NCBI GenBank assembly: GCA_002690995.1
Contig: NZGS01000103.1
Coordinates: 2,280 to 66,279, forward strand
Direction of reading: 5' to 3'
Origin: Rhodospirillaceae bacterium
GTDB lineage: Bacteria; Pseudomonadota; Alphaproteobacteria; Thalassobaculales; Thalassobaculaceae
DNA: 64,000 bases
Shown here: one piece after another, positions 56,163 to 64,000 of the stretch
Numbering within the stretch: position 1 is the first letter of the stretch
Layout: every line of letters starts with the position of its first letter
The notes under the pieces: model-generated
What the model saw: only the letters and a program-made list of their open reading frames with translations
What the model was told of the DNA's origin: nothing
Databases searched by the model: none
Position numbers and translations under genes: made by a program

Positions 56163-58298
56163 TTAATTCAAGACAGGAGCGACAAGGTCTTTGATAGCAA
56201 GACCCACATTTCTACCAATGGTACTATAATCCTTTTCGTCAAGATTTGCAAAACTGATCCGGAAACGCCACGGGGTGGTGCCGAAACCAGAACCAGGTAA
56301 AAGAATAGTATTGTATTTCGCAACAAGATGGAACAAAAACTCGAGGTCTTCATATTCCTGTACTATGTACTTTGAGGCTCTTTCCCCAAAAATATTGCTG
56401 GTTATTTCTGGGATATTGATCAAGTCGTAGTAGTCGGTCCTGGTAGGTTTTATATTTACCTTGGTCTTCAACTGCGCATAAAAGCTCTGCATTCTTCTTC
56501 TTAAAATTTTCTTGATGGTATTTCGGTAAGGTTCTCCTTTCTTGCGGTCCATGATATCAAAGTAAAGCATAATCGATAGCAGAGTTTGCTGAGGCGTTGA
56601 GAGACCACCAACATGCGCTTGGGAAATCAGACGACTATCAAAGACAACTCGTTCCATGAACGATAATGTAGATGGATGAAGAGTCACAGTTTCATAACGC
56701 TTCTCCAATACTTTTTTGTACTTCTGAGGGAGACCCTTCAAGATATTATTGATGCGATTATTTTTGGCAACCATACATAATCCTAAACGCCATCCGGTTG
56801 TTCCAAAATATTTACTGACTGAGTATACCGTAATCGTATTTAAAGGACACGACAACATGAAAGAATTGTATTGGTCGGAAAAACCTGCATACACATTGTC
56901 CGAAAGGATAATTAGATCCATGCGTTCCGTGTTTACAATGTGGCCGATACGATCAACATTTTCTTTCGAAAGTGAAAAGGCAGCGGGGTTAGAAGGATTT
57001 ACCATAAAAAGAGCCTTGATACTTTTATCCTTGAGTTTATCAATCTCGGAATCATCAAGGGAGTAGTCATTGTCCGGATTGCACTTCAACTCTACAATCT
57101 CAAGATTATAGTCGGAAAGACGAGGCATTTCCAGATAGGGACTAAAGATTGGTGTCACAAGAGCAATCTTATCCCTCGGAAGCAATATGTAGTTCTTTTG
57201 CAATGTGTTAAATATATAGAGAATGGCAGCTGCTGCACCTTCGGTGGCAAAACATTCAAAATCGTTAGCGTTCATTTTTGTACCAGGTTCATTTCCCATA
57301 GCTGCTGTCATGGCAAGATTGTAGAAAAACTCTTGTGCGACAAGTGATAAATGAGGCTGAATTTGCGGAGGAGAAGGATAGACACATCCAAGAGCAGATT
57401 GTACAACATCAAGCATAATTGTATCTACATGGTGCTTCTCTGCCTTTGCACGCTTGGTAAGATACTTGAGATAGCCTTTAAAAAAAGAACGTTCCTTCTT
57501 GCCCCACCTGGAACTTTGATTTAATAAAACTTTGTAGTAATTATGTCGTCCTTTAACGGGATATGTTGCAATATCTGTTGCAACCGGCGTTGCGATCGAC
57601 ATGGCGGCTTTTTGTAATTCGGCGAACACATTCCTGCAGAACGAATTGTAAAAATTAGGGTTACCTCGACCGGCGTCAAGTGCATTGCGTCCTGCCATTT
57701 GAATCAATTTAGAATTAAGCTCAAATGGAGAGAGGACGTCAAGTTTTTCAAATAATGGCTTCGGTATCCTTTTGACCATTGATCTGAGACCTTCTTGTTG
57801 AATAATAAACGGAAATTGTTGCTTTCTAAAAAAAAGGATGTGGATGTGGAAATAGGGGACACGATTTCCATGTATGAGAATAAATACATAATCTTTTTTT
57901 TTTAAAGCTTGTTCGATCTGCTCTGCGACGTATTTCCACAATTCCTTCTTTTGTTTGAGCGAAGCACCTTCACAAAATAGGCGAAAATGCGCAAAATTTT
58001 TTCCTGCCTTTGGTATGGGCACAACCAAAATATCAGATTCAGAAGGATTTGCAAAATGTGTTGCATATTTTTTTCCTTCCTTTTCTGCTTTGTTAATGTG
58101 TTCTCGGTATGTAGTGAAATCCTGTTTCGTTGGGAGTCGACCGGTTTTCTTCCAAATTTGTTTATAGGTAGTATTTTTTTTTCTATCACAGCATGATGTT
58201 TCAAAATAAAACCCATTCCTCTTGGACAATGTAGACTGTGGAGTATCCGGAAAATCTCTCCCATTTTTCCATTGAGAAAGTTTTTTGGACCATTGCAT
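56163..58298 (-). CDS. PLP-dependent class I/II aminotransferase-fold enzyme (aspartate 4-decarboxylase-like) with about 190-aa N-terminal HIT-like extension
   Basis: The C-terminal roughly 520 aa carry NALDAGRGNPNF, MVNPSNPAAF, SVSKYFGTTGWRLG (PLP lysine) and LPGSGFG. The N-terminal part carries ILVVPIPKAG and HGNRVPYFHIHILF. Confidence 0.75.
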   Translation of the reverse strand: MQWSKKLSQWKNGRDFPDTPQSTLSKRNGFYFETSCCDRKKNTTYKQIWKKTGRLPTKQDFTTYREHINKAEKEGKKYATHFANPSESDILVVPIPKAGKNFAHFRLFCEGASLKQKKELWKYVAEQIEQALKKKDYVFILIHGNRVPYFHIHILFFRKQQFPFIIQQEGLRSMVKRIPKPLFEKLDVLSPFELNSKLIQMAGRNALDAGRGNPNFYNSFCRNVFAELQKAAMSIATPVATDIATYPVKGRHNYYKVLLNQSSRWGKKERSFFKGYLKYLTKRAKAEKHHVDTIMLDVVQSALGCVYPSPPQIQPHLSLVAQEFFYNLAMTAAMGNEPGTKMNANDFECFATEGAAAAILYIFNTLQKNYILLPRDKIALVTPIFSPYLEMPRLSDYNLEIVELKCNPDNDYSLDDSEIDKLKDKSIKALFMVNPSNPAAFSLSKENVDRIGHIVNTERMDLIILSDNVYAGFSDQYNSFMLSCPLNTITVYSVSKYFGTTGWRLGLCMVAKNNRINNILKGLPQKYKKVLEKRYETVTLHPSTLSFMERVVFDSRLISQAHVGGLSTPQQTLLSIMLYFDIMDRKKGEPYRNTIKKILRRRMQSFYAQLKTKVNIKPTRTDYYDLINIPEITSNIFGERASKYIVQEYEDLEFLFHLVAKYNTILLPGSGFGTTPWRFRISFANLDEKDYSTIGRNVGLAIKDLVAPVLN

Positions 58299-58435
58299 TT
58301 ATCGTACAGTAAAAAAAATTATTTATGAACAAATCGTAGTGTATATCTGTTAATTTCCCAAAAAAAAAAATAGTATCGATGTCAAAGTGAAGACAATCAA
58401 AAAACAAAAAAATATTGAAAAGTATGATATAAAAC

Positions 58436-59251
58436 ATGAAACCAAATCCATATTTGGATATAGTGCCCATCAGTCTCATGCTTGTAGTCCTCCTACTGGT
58501 TTCCGTCTTTGTTCGTACTCGAGTCCTTCCACAAGTAGAACTGCCTTATTTTCAAACGATGCAAGAATTCGAGAATAGTCCTTGGAGAGATTATTATTTA
58601 AACGTGTATGGCAATCTTCCAACGACGCCTCCAAATCCTGCAGATCTATGGATGATTTACACGAAAATATATAACAAGGTATTCAAAACCAATTTAAAAA
58701 CCTCGATTTACTCCATAATTTGTCCTTCACGACAAAATGAGTTGTATTCCAACATGTCTCGTACGAACGATATACCAGAAACAATATGGTTATACAAAAA
58801 GCCGCCCTATCAACCGTTGCCTTCCAACAGTTGGGTGGAAATATCACATTGTGCAAACAAAGTTGCAAAAAATCGTGAAAAAGTAGGTGCATGGTATTAT
58901 TATGCACCTGGATCGGGCGTATATTTGAATTTAGGAAAAACCAAAGTGTATCAAAAACATCCTAACGCTGTCAAAGATATACTAAAGGAAACGTGCTTCG
59001 ATTCCGAATGCGATAAATTTTATCCAAAGTTATTCAAAACAGCCAAAGAACAAGGGTATGATACTATACAATTTTTGAATCACAATGATATGCGGTGCGG
59101 CAACACTGCCATTGAAATTGTCGATACGGCCGGTGTTGGAACCTTTGCCTGTGGTGACTCAAAACAAGGAAAATTTAAAACTGGGTATGAGGCGACACTC
59201 CCATGCGTTTGTGATAACAAAAAATTATGCTCGAATTGCGGAATGAAATGA
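58436..59251 (+). CDS. hypothetical type II membrane protein, Cys-rich C-terminus
   Basis: The 271-aa product has the N-terminal helix IVPISLMLVVLLLVSVFV. Confidence 0.4.
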   Translation: MKPNPYLDIVPISLMLVVLLLVSVFVRTRVLPQVELPYFQTMQEFENSPWRDYYLNVYGNLPTTPPNPADLWMIYTKIYNKVFKTNLKTSIYSIICPSRQNELYSNMSRTNDIPETIWLYKKPPYQPLPSNSWVEISHCANKVAKNREKVGAWYYYAPGSGVYLNLGKTKVYQKHPNAVKDILKETCFDSECDKFYPKLFKTAKEQGYDTIQFLNHNDMRCGNTAIEIVDTAGVGTFACGDSKQGKFKTGYEATLPCVCDNKKLCSNCGMK

Positions 59252-59320
59252 AATGAATTAAATATAAAAGTAAAATAAATTTATGGTTCGAGTTTACAAT
59301 TGAAACGAATGCGGTTTACC

Positions 59321-59917
59321 TTATTTGAAGATAATTACGGTTTTTTCATTTTCCCAAAGATACATATTTGCGAGTAGAAATCCTTTTCGGTTGCGTAGTG
59401 GAAATTCAAAATTCTTTCGAAGCAAGGATTGAATATAAGGAAAATCTTCATCACGATATCGTAAGATGATCATCCCCTCGTCATCTAGTAAAGGATATGT
59501 ATTTTCCAACATTCTCTGAATATTTACATATTCAGAGATTTGAATTACTTGGAGATTATGTTCCATTGCTTCCGCGCCTTTTTCGATATCACGGCAAGAA
59601 AAAAAAGTATGACTATATTTCTGACGGGCTGCATTGATTGCACTTTGATTTTTGTCAATACCAACGACTTGCAAATCTGGAAATAGACTTTGCAAACGAC
59701 ATGTGGAATCCCCTGTATAACAGTTCACATCTAGACCTAATCCACCTTGAAATCGTTCGACCAATCGGGGCAAAATTGGTGTCAAGGACGAACGCAATTC
59801 GGTCATTTTCTCAATCGGATTCGCGACCAAGAAAAGCGGAAAGAACTTTGGAAAAATTTTCATATTGCTACAAAGAAATAGATTAAAAAGTAGTTTTATA
59901 AGATGAATAATAATCAA
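59321..59917 (-). CDS. class I SAM-dependent methyltransferase
   Basis: Motif I-like is GLDVNCYTGDSTCRL and motif II-like is QVVGIDKNQSAINAA. The start may be the internal MKIFPK. Confidence 0.6.
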   Translation of the reverse strand: MIIIHLIKLLFNLFLCSNMKIFPKFFPLFLVANPIEKMTELRSSLTPILPRLVERFQGGLGLDVNCYTGDSTCRLQSLFPDLQVVGIDKNQSAINAARQKYSHTFFSCRDIEKGAEAMEHNLQVIQISEYVNIQRMLENTYPLLDDEGMIILRYRDEDFPYIQSLLRKNFEFPLRNRKGFLLANMYLWENEKTVIIFK

Positions 59918-59959
59918 TATAGGCGTAATCTTGATAATTTGTGAAAATGTTTAAAAATA

Positions 59960-59968
59960 TCAATTTTT
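59960..59968 (-). promoter_or_regulatory. AAAAATTGA early-promoter-type motif
   Basis: The plus strand reads TCAATTTTT. It lies 43 nt upstream of the first ATG (59917) of the methyltransferase ORF. Confidence 0.45.
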
Positions 59969-60065
59969 AAAATTATATTATGTTTTTTTTAATTTGGAAG
60001 ACATTCGGACGTCGGAATCCTTACTTTCCCAAAGAAACTATTTTTTTATTTCATCTGTCTTATAA

Positions 60066-60830
60066 ATGATATGTTATATATGTCGTAATGATGTCGTGCT
60101 CCCGGTTGAACTTATTTGTTTTCCTTGTTTTTCAGTAAACGAGGTGCACTGTAACTCCTATGTACGAATGTGTTTATCATGTGCTATCGAATATTTACAA
60201 CTGAATCGCGGCTATTTCGATCGTGATTTTACTAGGAAATGTTTGACATGTCATGAAACTGTATTTCTCAGTTTGCTTCATTTTAACAACGCCGTAAAAT
60301 TTGACTTTCAGATTATAAAAGAAGATGCAAAAGTCATTGAATGTCCATTTTGTTTTGAATTTCAAGGAAATATGATGTCTGTGTTTCATCATCTAAAAGA
60401 CTGTTCAGAATATTTTTATGAATGTGCATGTAAAAAAATAATTCCTTCCCGAAAAATGTTACGATCGCATCATTTTAATTGTCCCCAACATAAACATTGT
60501 ATGACCTGTGATACTTTTATTCCTGTTCAGCAATATGCACAACATCAGCGCCATAACCACAACACCATTCCTTGCGTTCATTGTCAAGAATATTTATCAT
60601 TAGAGGATTTATTTGAACATGAATATTATTGTCCAGAGAGAATGGTGGAATGTTTTGTTTGTAAAGAAAAAATTGCTAATAAAAATTTGAAGGATCATTA
60701 TTCTTCCCATGAACTGGGACTATTGGAAAAAATACAGGATACAAAGTCGACCCTTGCGAAGCTTCTGGATGAATTGGTATTGATTCAAAACTTTCGCAAA
60801 AATGTCCTTGAAATTAATCTTCTCCATTAA
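60066..60830 (+). CDS. zinc-finger protein (RING-like plus TRAF-type fingers)
   Basis: The N-terminus is CYICRNDVV...CFPCF...CLSC. It is followed by repeated C-x2-C ... H-x3-[CH] units (ECPFCFEF..HHLKDC, HCMTCDTF..HQRHNH, PCVHCQEY..FEHEYYC, ECFVCKEK..DHYSSH). Confidence 0.6.
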   Translation: MICYICRNDVVLPVELICFPCFSVNEVHCNSYVRMCLSCAIEYLQLNRGYFDRDFTRKCLTCHETVFLSLLHFNNAVKFDFQIIKEDAKVIECPFCFEFQGNMMSVFHHLKDCSEYFYECACKKIIPSRKMLRSHHFNCPQHKHCMTCDTFIPVQQYAQHQRHNHNTIPCVHCQEYLSLEDLFEHEYYCPERMVECFVCKEKIANKNLKDHYSSHELGLLEKIQDTKSTLAKLLDELVLIQNFRKNVLEINLLH

Positions 60831-61324
60831 CATTCCTCCTCGTCCCCATCAAACATGAACTCATCTTCCTCATCAATATTACCTTCCTCGTTATCAGAAT
60901 CATTTGTTTCAAAAGTTGTGCGATCATCAATATAATCATCCTCTGCAAATTGCAATATATTATCAAATGTCACGGGTTTGTCCACTTCTGGTAGGCTACT
61001 TGGTGCCGTTCCATATTTATTTTTTTCGTCAACGGACATGGTTTTCCATTGCTGTGACACTTGCTTACTCAATTCACCAAAGCTTAATTGTGAATTTGTC
61101 GCTGATAATTCCTCTCGGCGAATTGCAAAAAAATGCTGGTACGCCGTTTTCGGCTTTTTCTTTTTTGCCTCTGTAGAACGTACCTCCTTACGAACCATTC
61201 CTTGCCATAAACGATCCAATGTTTCCGCTTGAACGGTGGGATACTCCAAAAGGATTGTCTTTTGATACTGGCTAATATAACGAGAAATTACTAAATTTAT
61301 CTCAGTCTCCATTTTTATATCCAT
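60827..61324 (-). CDS. HMG-box DNA-binding protein with acidic tail
   Basis: The HMG box is KKKPKTAYQHFFAIRREELSATNSQLSFGELSKQVSQQWKTMSVDEKNKY. The C-terminus is DSDNEEGNIDEEDEFMFDGDEEEC. Confidence 0.8.
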   Translation of the reverse strand: MDIKMETEINLVISRYISQYQKTILLEYPTVQAETLDRLWQGMVRKEVRSTEAKKKKPKTAYQHFFAIRREELSATNSQLSFGELSKQVSQQWKTMSVDEKNKYGTAPSSLPEVDKPVTFDNILQFAEDDYIDDRTTFETNDSDNEEGNIDEEDEFMFDGDEEEC

Positions 61325-62149
61325 TTGTTTTTTGATACATGTTCATTTTTTGAAAAAATGAATTTCCCTCTTTATATTTTTGTTTTGAAAATGCTTCTTC
61401 TTGAGGAAAAGAATCGGCATGAACGAGATTCGCAGATTTTCTTTTTTGAAGATTCTCATGTTTACCAATACCAAAACAGAACGTTTATCTCTGTTACAAC
61501 GGTCATTCATTCGCTTTTTGAACCTTTCAATGAAGATGATGCAATACAGCGCATTCTGACTTCGACAAATCCCTCCAGTAAATATAAACACAAATCTTTT
61601 CAAGATATTCGAAATATGTGGGCGGAACAAAAAGAAGCGTCGTTGTCTGCGGGATTACATTTGCAAAAAGATATTGAAAATTTTTACAATCACGAATCTA
61701 TCATAAATTCCTCACCGGAATACCAATATTTTCTAAATTTCGTTCGAGATCATCATCATTTGATTCCTTATCGAACGGAATGGAAAATATTTGACGAGGA
61801 CTATGATATTGCTGGTACGATCGATATGTGTTATGTCGACAAGGGTTTTCTTACCATTTACGATTGGAAACGGGTGCGGAACATTTCCAGAGAAAATAAA
61901 TTTCAAAAATTCGCAATCAAAAAGAAACTGTCTCATTTGCCCGATAATAACTTTACACATTATGCACTACAACTAAATCTTTATCGGTTCATTCTTGAAA
62001 GAAAATATGGTAAAGTTGTCCAGAAGATGTTTCTTGTTGTACTCCATCCCGAAAATCAAAATGAGGATTACATATTAGTTCCAATTCCTACCATGCGCAA
62101 AGAGATTAAAATTATTTTAAACGATTTAAAAAAACAATGTTCTAAATAA
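61325..62149 (+). CDS. PD-(D/E)XK (RecB/Cas4-like) exonuclease
   Basis: IAGTIDMCYVDKGFLTIYDWKRV fits D ... (D/E)-x-K, followed by YALQLNLY (Q-x3-Y). The true start is probably internal (MNFPLY at 61358 or MLLLEE at 61391). Confidence 0.65.
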   Translation: MFFDTCSFFEKMNFPLYIFVLKMLLLEEKNRHERDSQIFFFEDSHVYQYQNRTFISVTTVIHSLFEPFNEDDAIQRILTSTNPSSKYKHKSFQDIRNMWAEQKEASLSAGLHLQKDIENFYNHESIINSSPEYQYFLNFVRDHHHLIPYRTEWKIFDEDYDIAGTIDMCYVDKGFLTIYDWKRVRNISRENKFQKFAIKKKLSHLPDNNFTHYALQLNLYRFILERKYGKVVQKMFLVVLHPENQNEDYILVPIPTMRKEIKIILNDLKKQCSK

Positions 62150-62151
62150 AC

Positions 62152-63726
62152 ATGGAATCCTATCAGAATGCAATCGTCGACGAAATGGTAAAAAGGGAAC
62201 GTGGTAAACAGATTCATCAGAATAATGAAATATATTCAAAGGTCGGTATATTGGGAATACCGAACGGAGTCGGACGCAAAAAGATAATCATTGATTTGAT
62301 TCAACGGGATGCCATGAAATGGTCGAATGGTCCGTTTATATTTTCCAGTTATGAAAATATATATAACCAAGGTATTATTTTTCGAAAAAACAATTTTCAA
62401 TGTTCGAAACGAAAGGTCAATTTAATTGTATGCCATCGTTATTTACTACCGAGTTGGGTGGACCATTTGAAAGAACACAATGTATCCTACCACCTATACA
62501 AAAATCATTCAAGAATTGAGAATTGGGCTAGCATCTCGGTGATTCTTTTGCGACATTCGTTGCTTCAAACATTTTTGGAACGACATTTTTGTAGAATTGC
62601 CGTCCAACGTATCATTCTGTATAATCCGCAATATTTCCTGCTAAAAAAGTTTACCTTTCTTTTATATGGATTTGCATGGATTGTTTTGGACAATCCAAAA
62701 TGGATATTGTCCTCTGTTCAAAAACATTTCTGTCATAATTTCGTCCCCGTCAATATTGATTATTACATTTTTAGGCAATTGAATATAACGAGACCATTTA
62801 ACGACGCGGAACGTCCTATTCTCCATCAGAAATGTTTGTACAAATGTCAAAAAGAAATCTTTCTTATATTGAAAGATTCAATCTCTAGTGAATTATATGA
62901 TTTATTAGAGCGAGGAAAAATTGAGGAGGTTCTCGCTGCGTTTGGCAGCCAGTTGCATTGTCGCAACATTTACAAGCACATTCTTGATGATTATCAAAAT
63001 AAACTCGATGCAATTGAATTGAAGATTATGAGATACGAGGAGCTCGGATTGACCCAAAAAATTTTAAATTTCCAGGAAAAACGTCATTCACTCGTGGAAC
63101 GAATGACTTCCTTCAAAAGACGAATTATGAATTTCACCCTCGATAATGCTTGTGTAATTTGCAATGGTCAGATGAAAGACGTGGTATTGCTACATTGCTG
63201 TCAAAATGTTCTTTGTGGAAACTGTATTTTAAAACTTGTGCATTTGGGACAAGCATGTCCATATTGTCGGAAAAAATTGTTAAATGATTCCATTACCATG
63301 CTGGATGAAACAATTTTTTCGGAGAATCCAAATCCTGTTGTTGCGCCCACGATGAATCCTCCTCTTTTATCGAGGCAAGAGCAACTGCTTCGCATCTTAG
63401 ACTCTATTGGTGACGAATCATGTCTTTTGTATGTCCCAAATCGCGAATCCATTGAAATGTTCATGGAGGACAAGGGATGCGCGAATTATAGAATATTTCA
63501 AGGACGTTATCTTGAAAAAAAATTAATGATTGAAAGTCTAAAACAGTCCCAATTTCAGTATCTGTTTGTAATGGATCATCTCGAACTCTTGGGATTCAAG
63601 TTTCCCCATCTACATAATTTTATTTCCTTTATTCCCCTGAAGATGGAATTAGAAAATTTTTTCCTCCACAAATTTTATGGAGAACATCGTGAATCCATCA
63701 TCCATATTCATTTATTTCATTTTTGA
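62152..63726 (+). CDS. RING-finger protein with degenerate helicase-like N-terminal region
   Basis: The C3HC4 RING is CVICNGQMKDVVLLHCCQNVLCGNCILKLVHLGQACPYCRKK, embedded in a 524-aa protein. The layout is reminiscent of Rad5/16-type SNF2-RING proteins, but I could not find ATPase motifs. Confidence 0.5.
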   Translation: MESYQNAIVDEMVKRERGKQIHQNNEIYSKVGILGIPNGVGRKKIIIDLIQRDAMKWSNGPFIFSSYENIYNQGIIFRKNNFQCSKRKVNLIVCHRYLLPSWVDHLKEHNVSYHLYKNHSRIENWASISVILLRHSLLQTFLERHFCRIAVQRIILYNPQYFLLKKFTFLLYGFAWIVLDNPKWILSSVQKHFCHNFVPVNIDYYIFRQLNITRPFNDAERPILHQKCLYKCQKEIFLILKDSISSELYDLLERGKIEEVLAAFGSQLHCRNIYKHILDDYQNKLDAIELKIMRYEELGLTQKILNFQEKRHSLVERMTSFKRRIMNFTLDNACVICNGQMKDVVLLHCCQNVLCGNCILKLVHLGQACPYCRKKLLNDSITMLDETIFSENPNPVVAPTMNPPLLSRQEQLLRILDSIGDESCLLYVPNRESIEMFMEDKGCANYRIFQGRYLEKKLMIESLKQSQFQYLFVMDHLELLGFKFPHLHNFISFIPLKMELENFFLHKFYGEHRESIIHIHLFHF

Positions 63727-64000
63727 CAATCTTTACAAAACTTTATATGATTTTCGAAATTGTCTAGGGCTTCGGCCTTTGTTTTCTCCTGAACATTTTG
63801 AAACATCCATTCGGAGAAAAATCGTGCGATCCATTTATGAAGCTGTCGTATGCCCGCGTCACTACTTGTCGGCATGTAATAGGGCGTCCTGGATCTCCCA
63901 TGGTAAATCTCCTGTTGGTGAACCAAATAATCGTCAGTATTGAAAAATGTATTAGTAAACTCATGTTGTTCTCTTCTCTCACTGGTGGTAAAATTTTTTT
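63717..64000 (-). CDS. C-terminal fragment of a gene entering from the right edge (possibly a PaO/Tic55-type oxygenase C-terminal domain)
   Basis: My hand translation is open from base 64000 to the stop at 63717: ..RREQHEFTNTFFNTDDYLVHQQEIYHGRSRTPYYMPTSSDAGIRQLHKWIARFFSEWM... The D-x-x-L-x-x-Q-E and P-T-x-x-D ... W spacing recalls the PaO domain. Support is weak. Confidence 0.35.
   Translation of the reverse strand, partial: KNFTTSERREQHEFTNTFFNTDDYLVHQQEIYHGRSRTPYYMPTSSDAGIRQLHKWIARFFSEWMFQNVQEKTKAEALDNFENHIKFCKDCQK

Noticed and set aside
1-64000. Interpretation as a bacterial, archaeal or phage segment, including a search for defence islands, integrases, transposases or prophage boundaries.
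   Set aside because: No Shine-Dalgarno-like spacing, operon structure, integrase, transposase or IS ends were seen. The gene content (EEVD Hsp70, MORN, RING/U-box, mitochondrial carrier, A22 resolvase, D5, PCNA) and the AAAAATTGA promoters point instead to a giant eukaryotic virus.

Overview
This window is AT-rich and very gene-dense, with about 70 protein genes on both strands, short AT-only spacers, and no rRNA, tRNA or CRISPR that I could see. It reads as a segment of a giant virus genome (Nucleocytoviricota, Mimiviridae/Imitervirales-like, probably infecting a protist or alga), not a cellular or phage genome. The core replication and repair set includes a D5-type primase-helicase, two PCNA clamps, the RNR small subunit, an A22/RuvC-type Holliday junction resolvase, ERCC4 and PD-(D/E)XK nucleases, two SF2 helicases and an HMG-box protein. 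Eukaryote-style genes include an Hsp70 ending in EEVD, plus MORN, RING, U-box, TRAF-like and F-box-like proteins. The Mimiviridae-type early promoter nonamer AAAAATTGA sits in front of at least seven genes, and perfect hairpins follow several genes. The most notable accessory gene is a seven-helix ORF at 26873-27691 that I read as a viral heliorhodopsin, with the Schiff-base Lys and counterion Glu in place. Other accessory content: two paralogous FtsH-like AAA+ metalloproteases beside Hsp70, a compressed mitochondrial carrier, two semiSWEET-sized PQ-loop proteins, and a glycan block (GT32-like, GT-A-like, prolyl 4-hydroxylase, a 1233-aa GT2-TPR-GT4-methyltransferase polyprotein). There is also a short UDP-glucose dehydrogenase plus UDP-xylose synthase, GTP cyclohydrolase I, a PLP aspartate-4-decarboxylase-like enzyme with a HIT-like N-terminal extension, AHH/HNH and endonuclease VII-like nucleases, and a papain-like protease with apparently inverted lobe order. 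All calls rest on motif recognition by eye. No database search was run.
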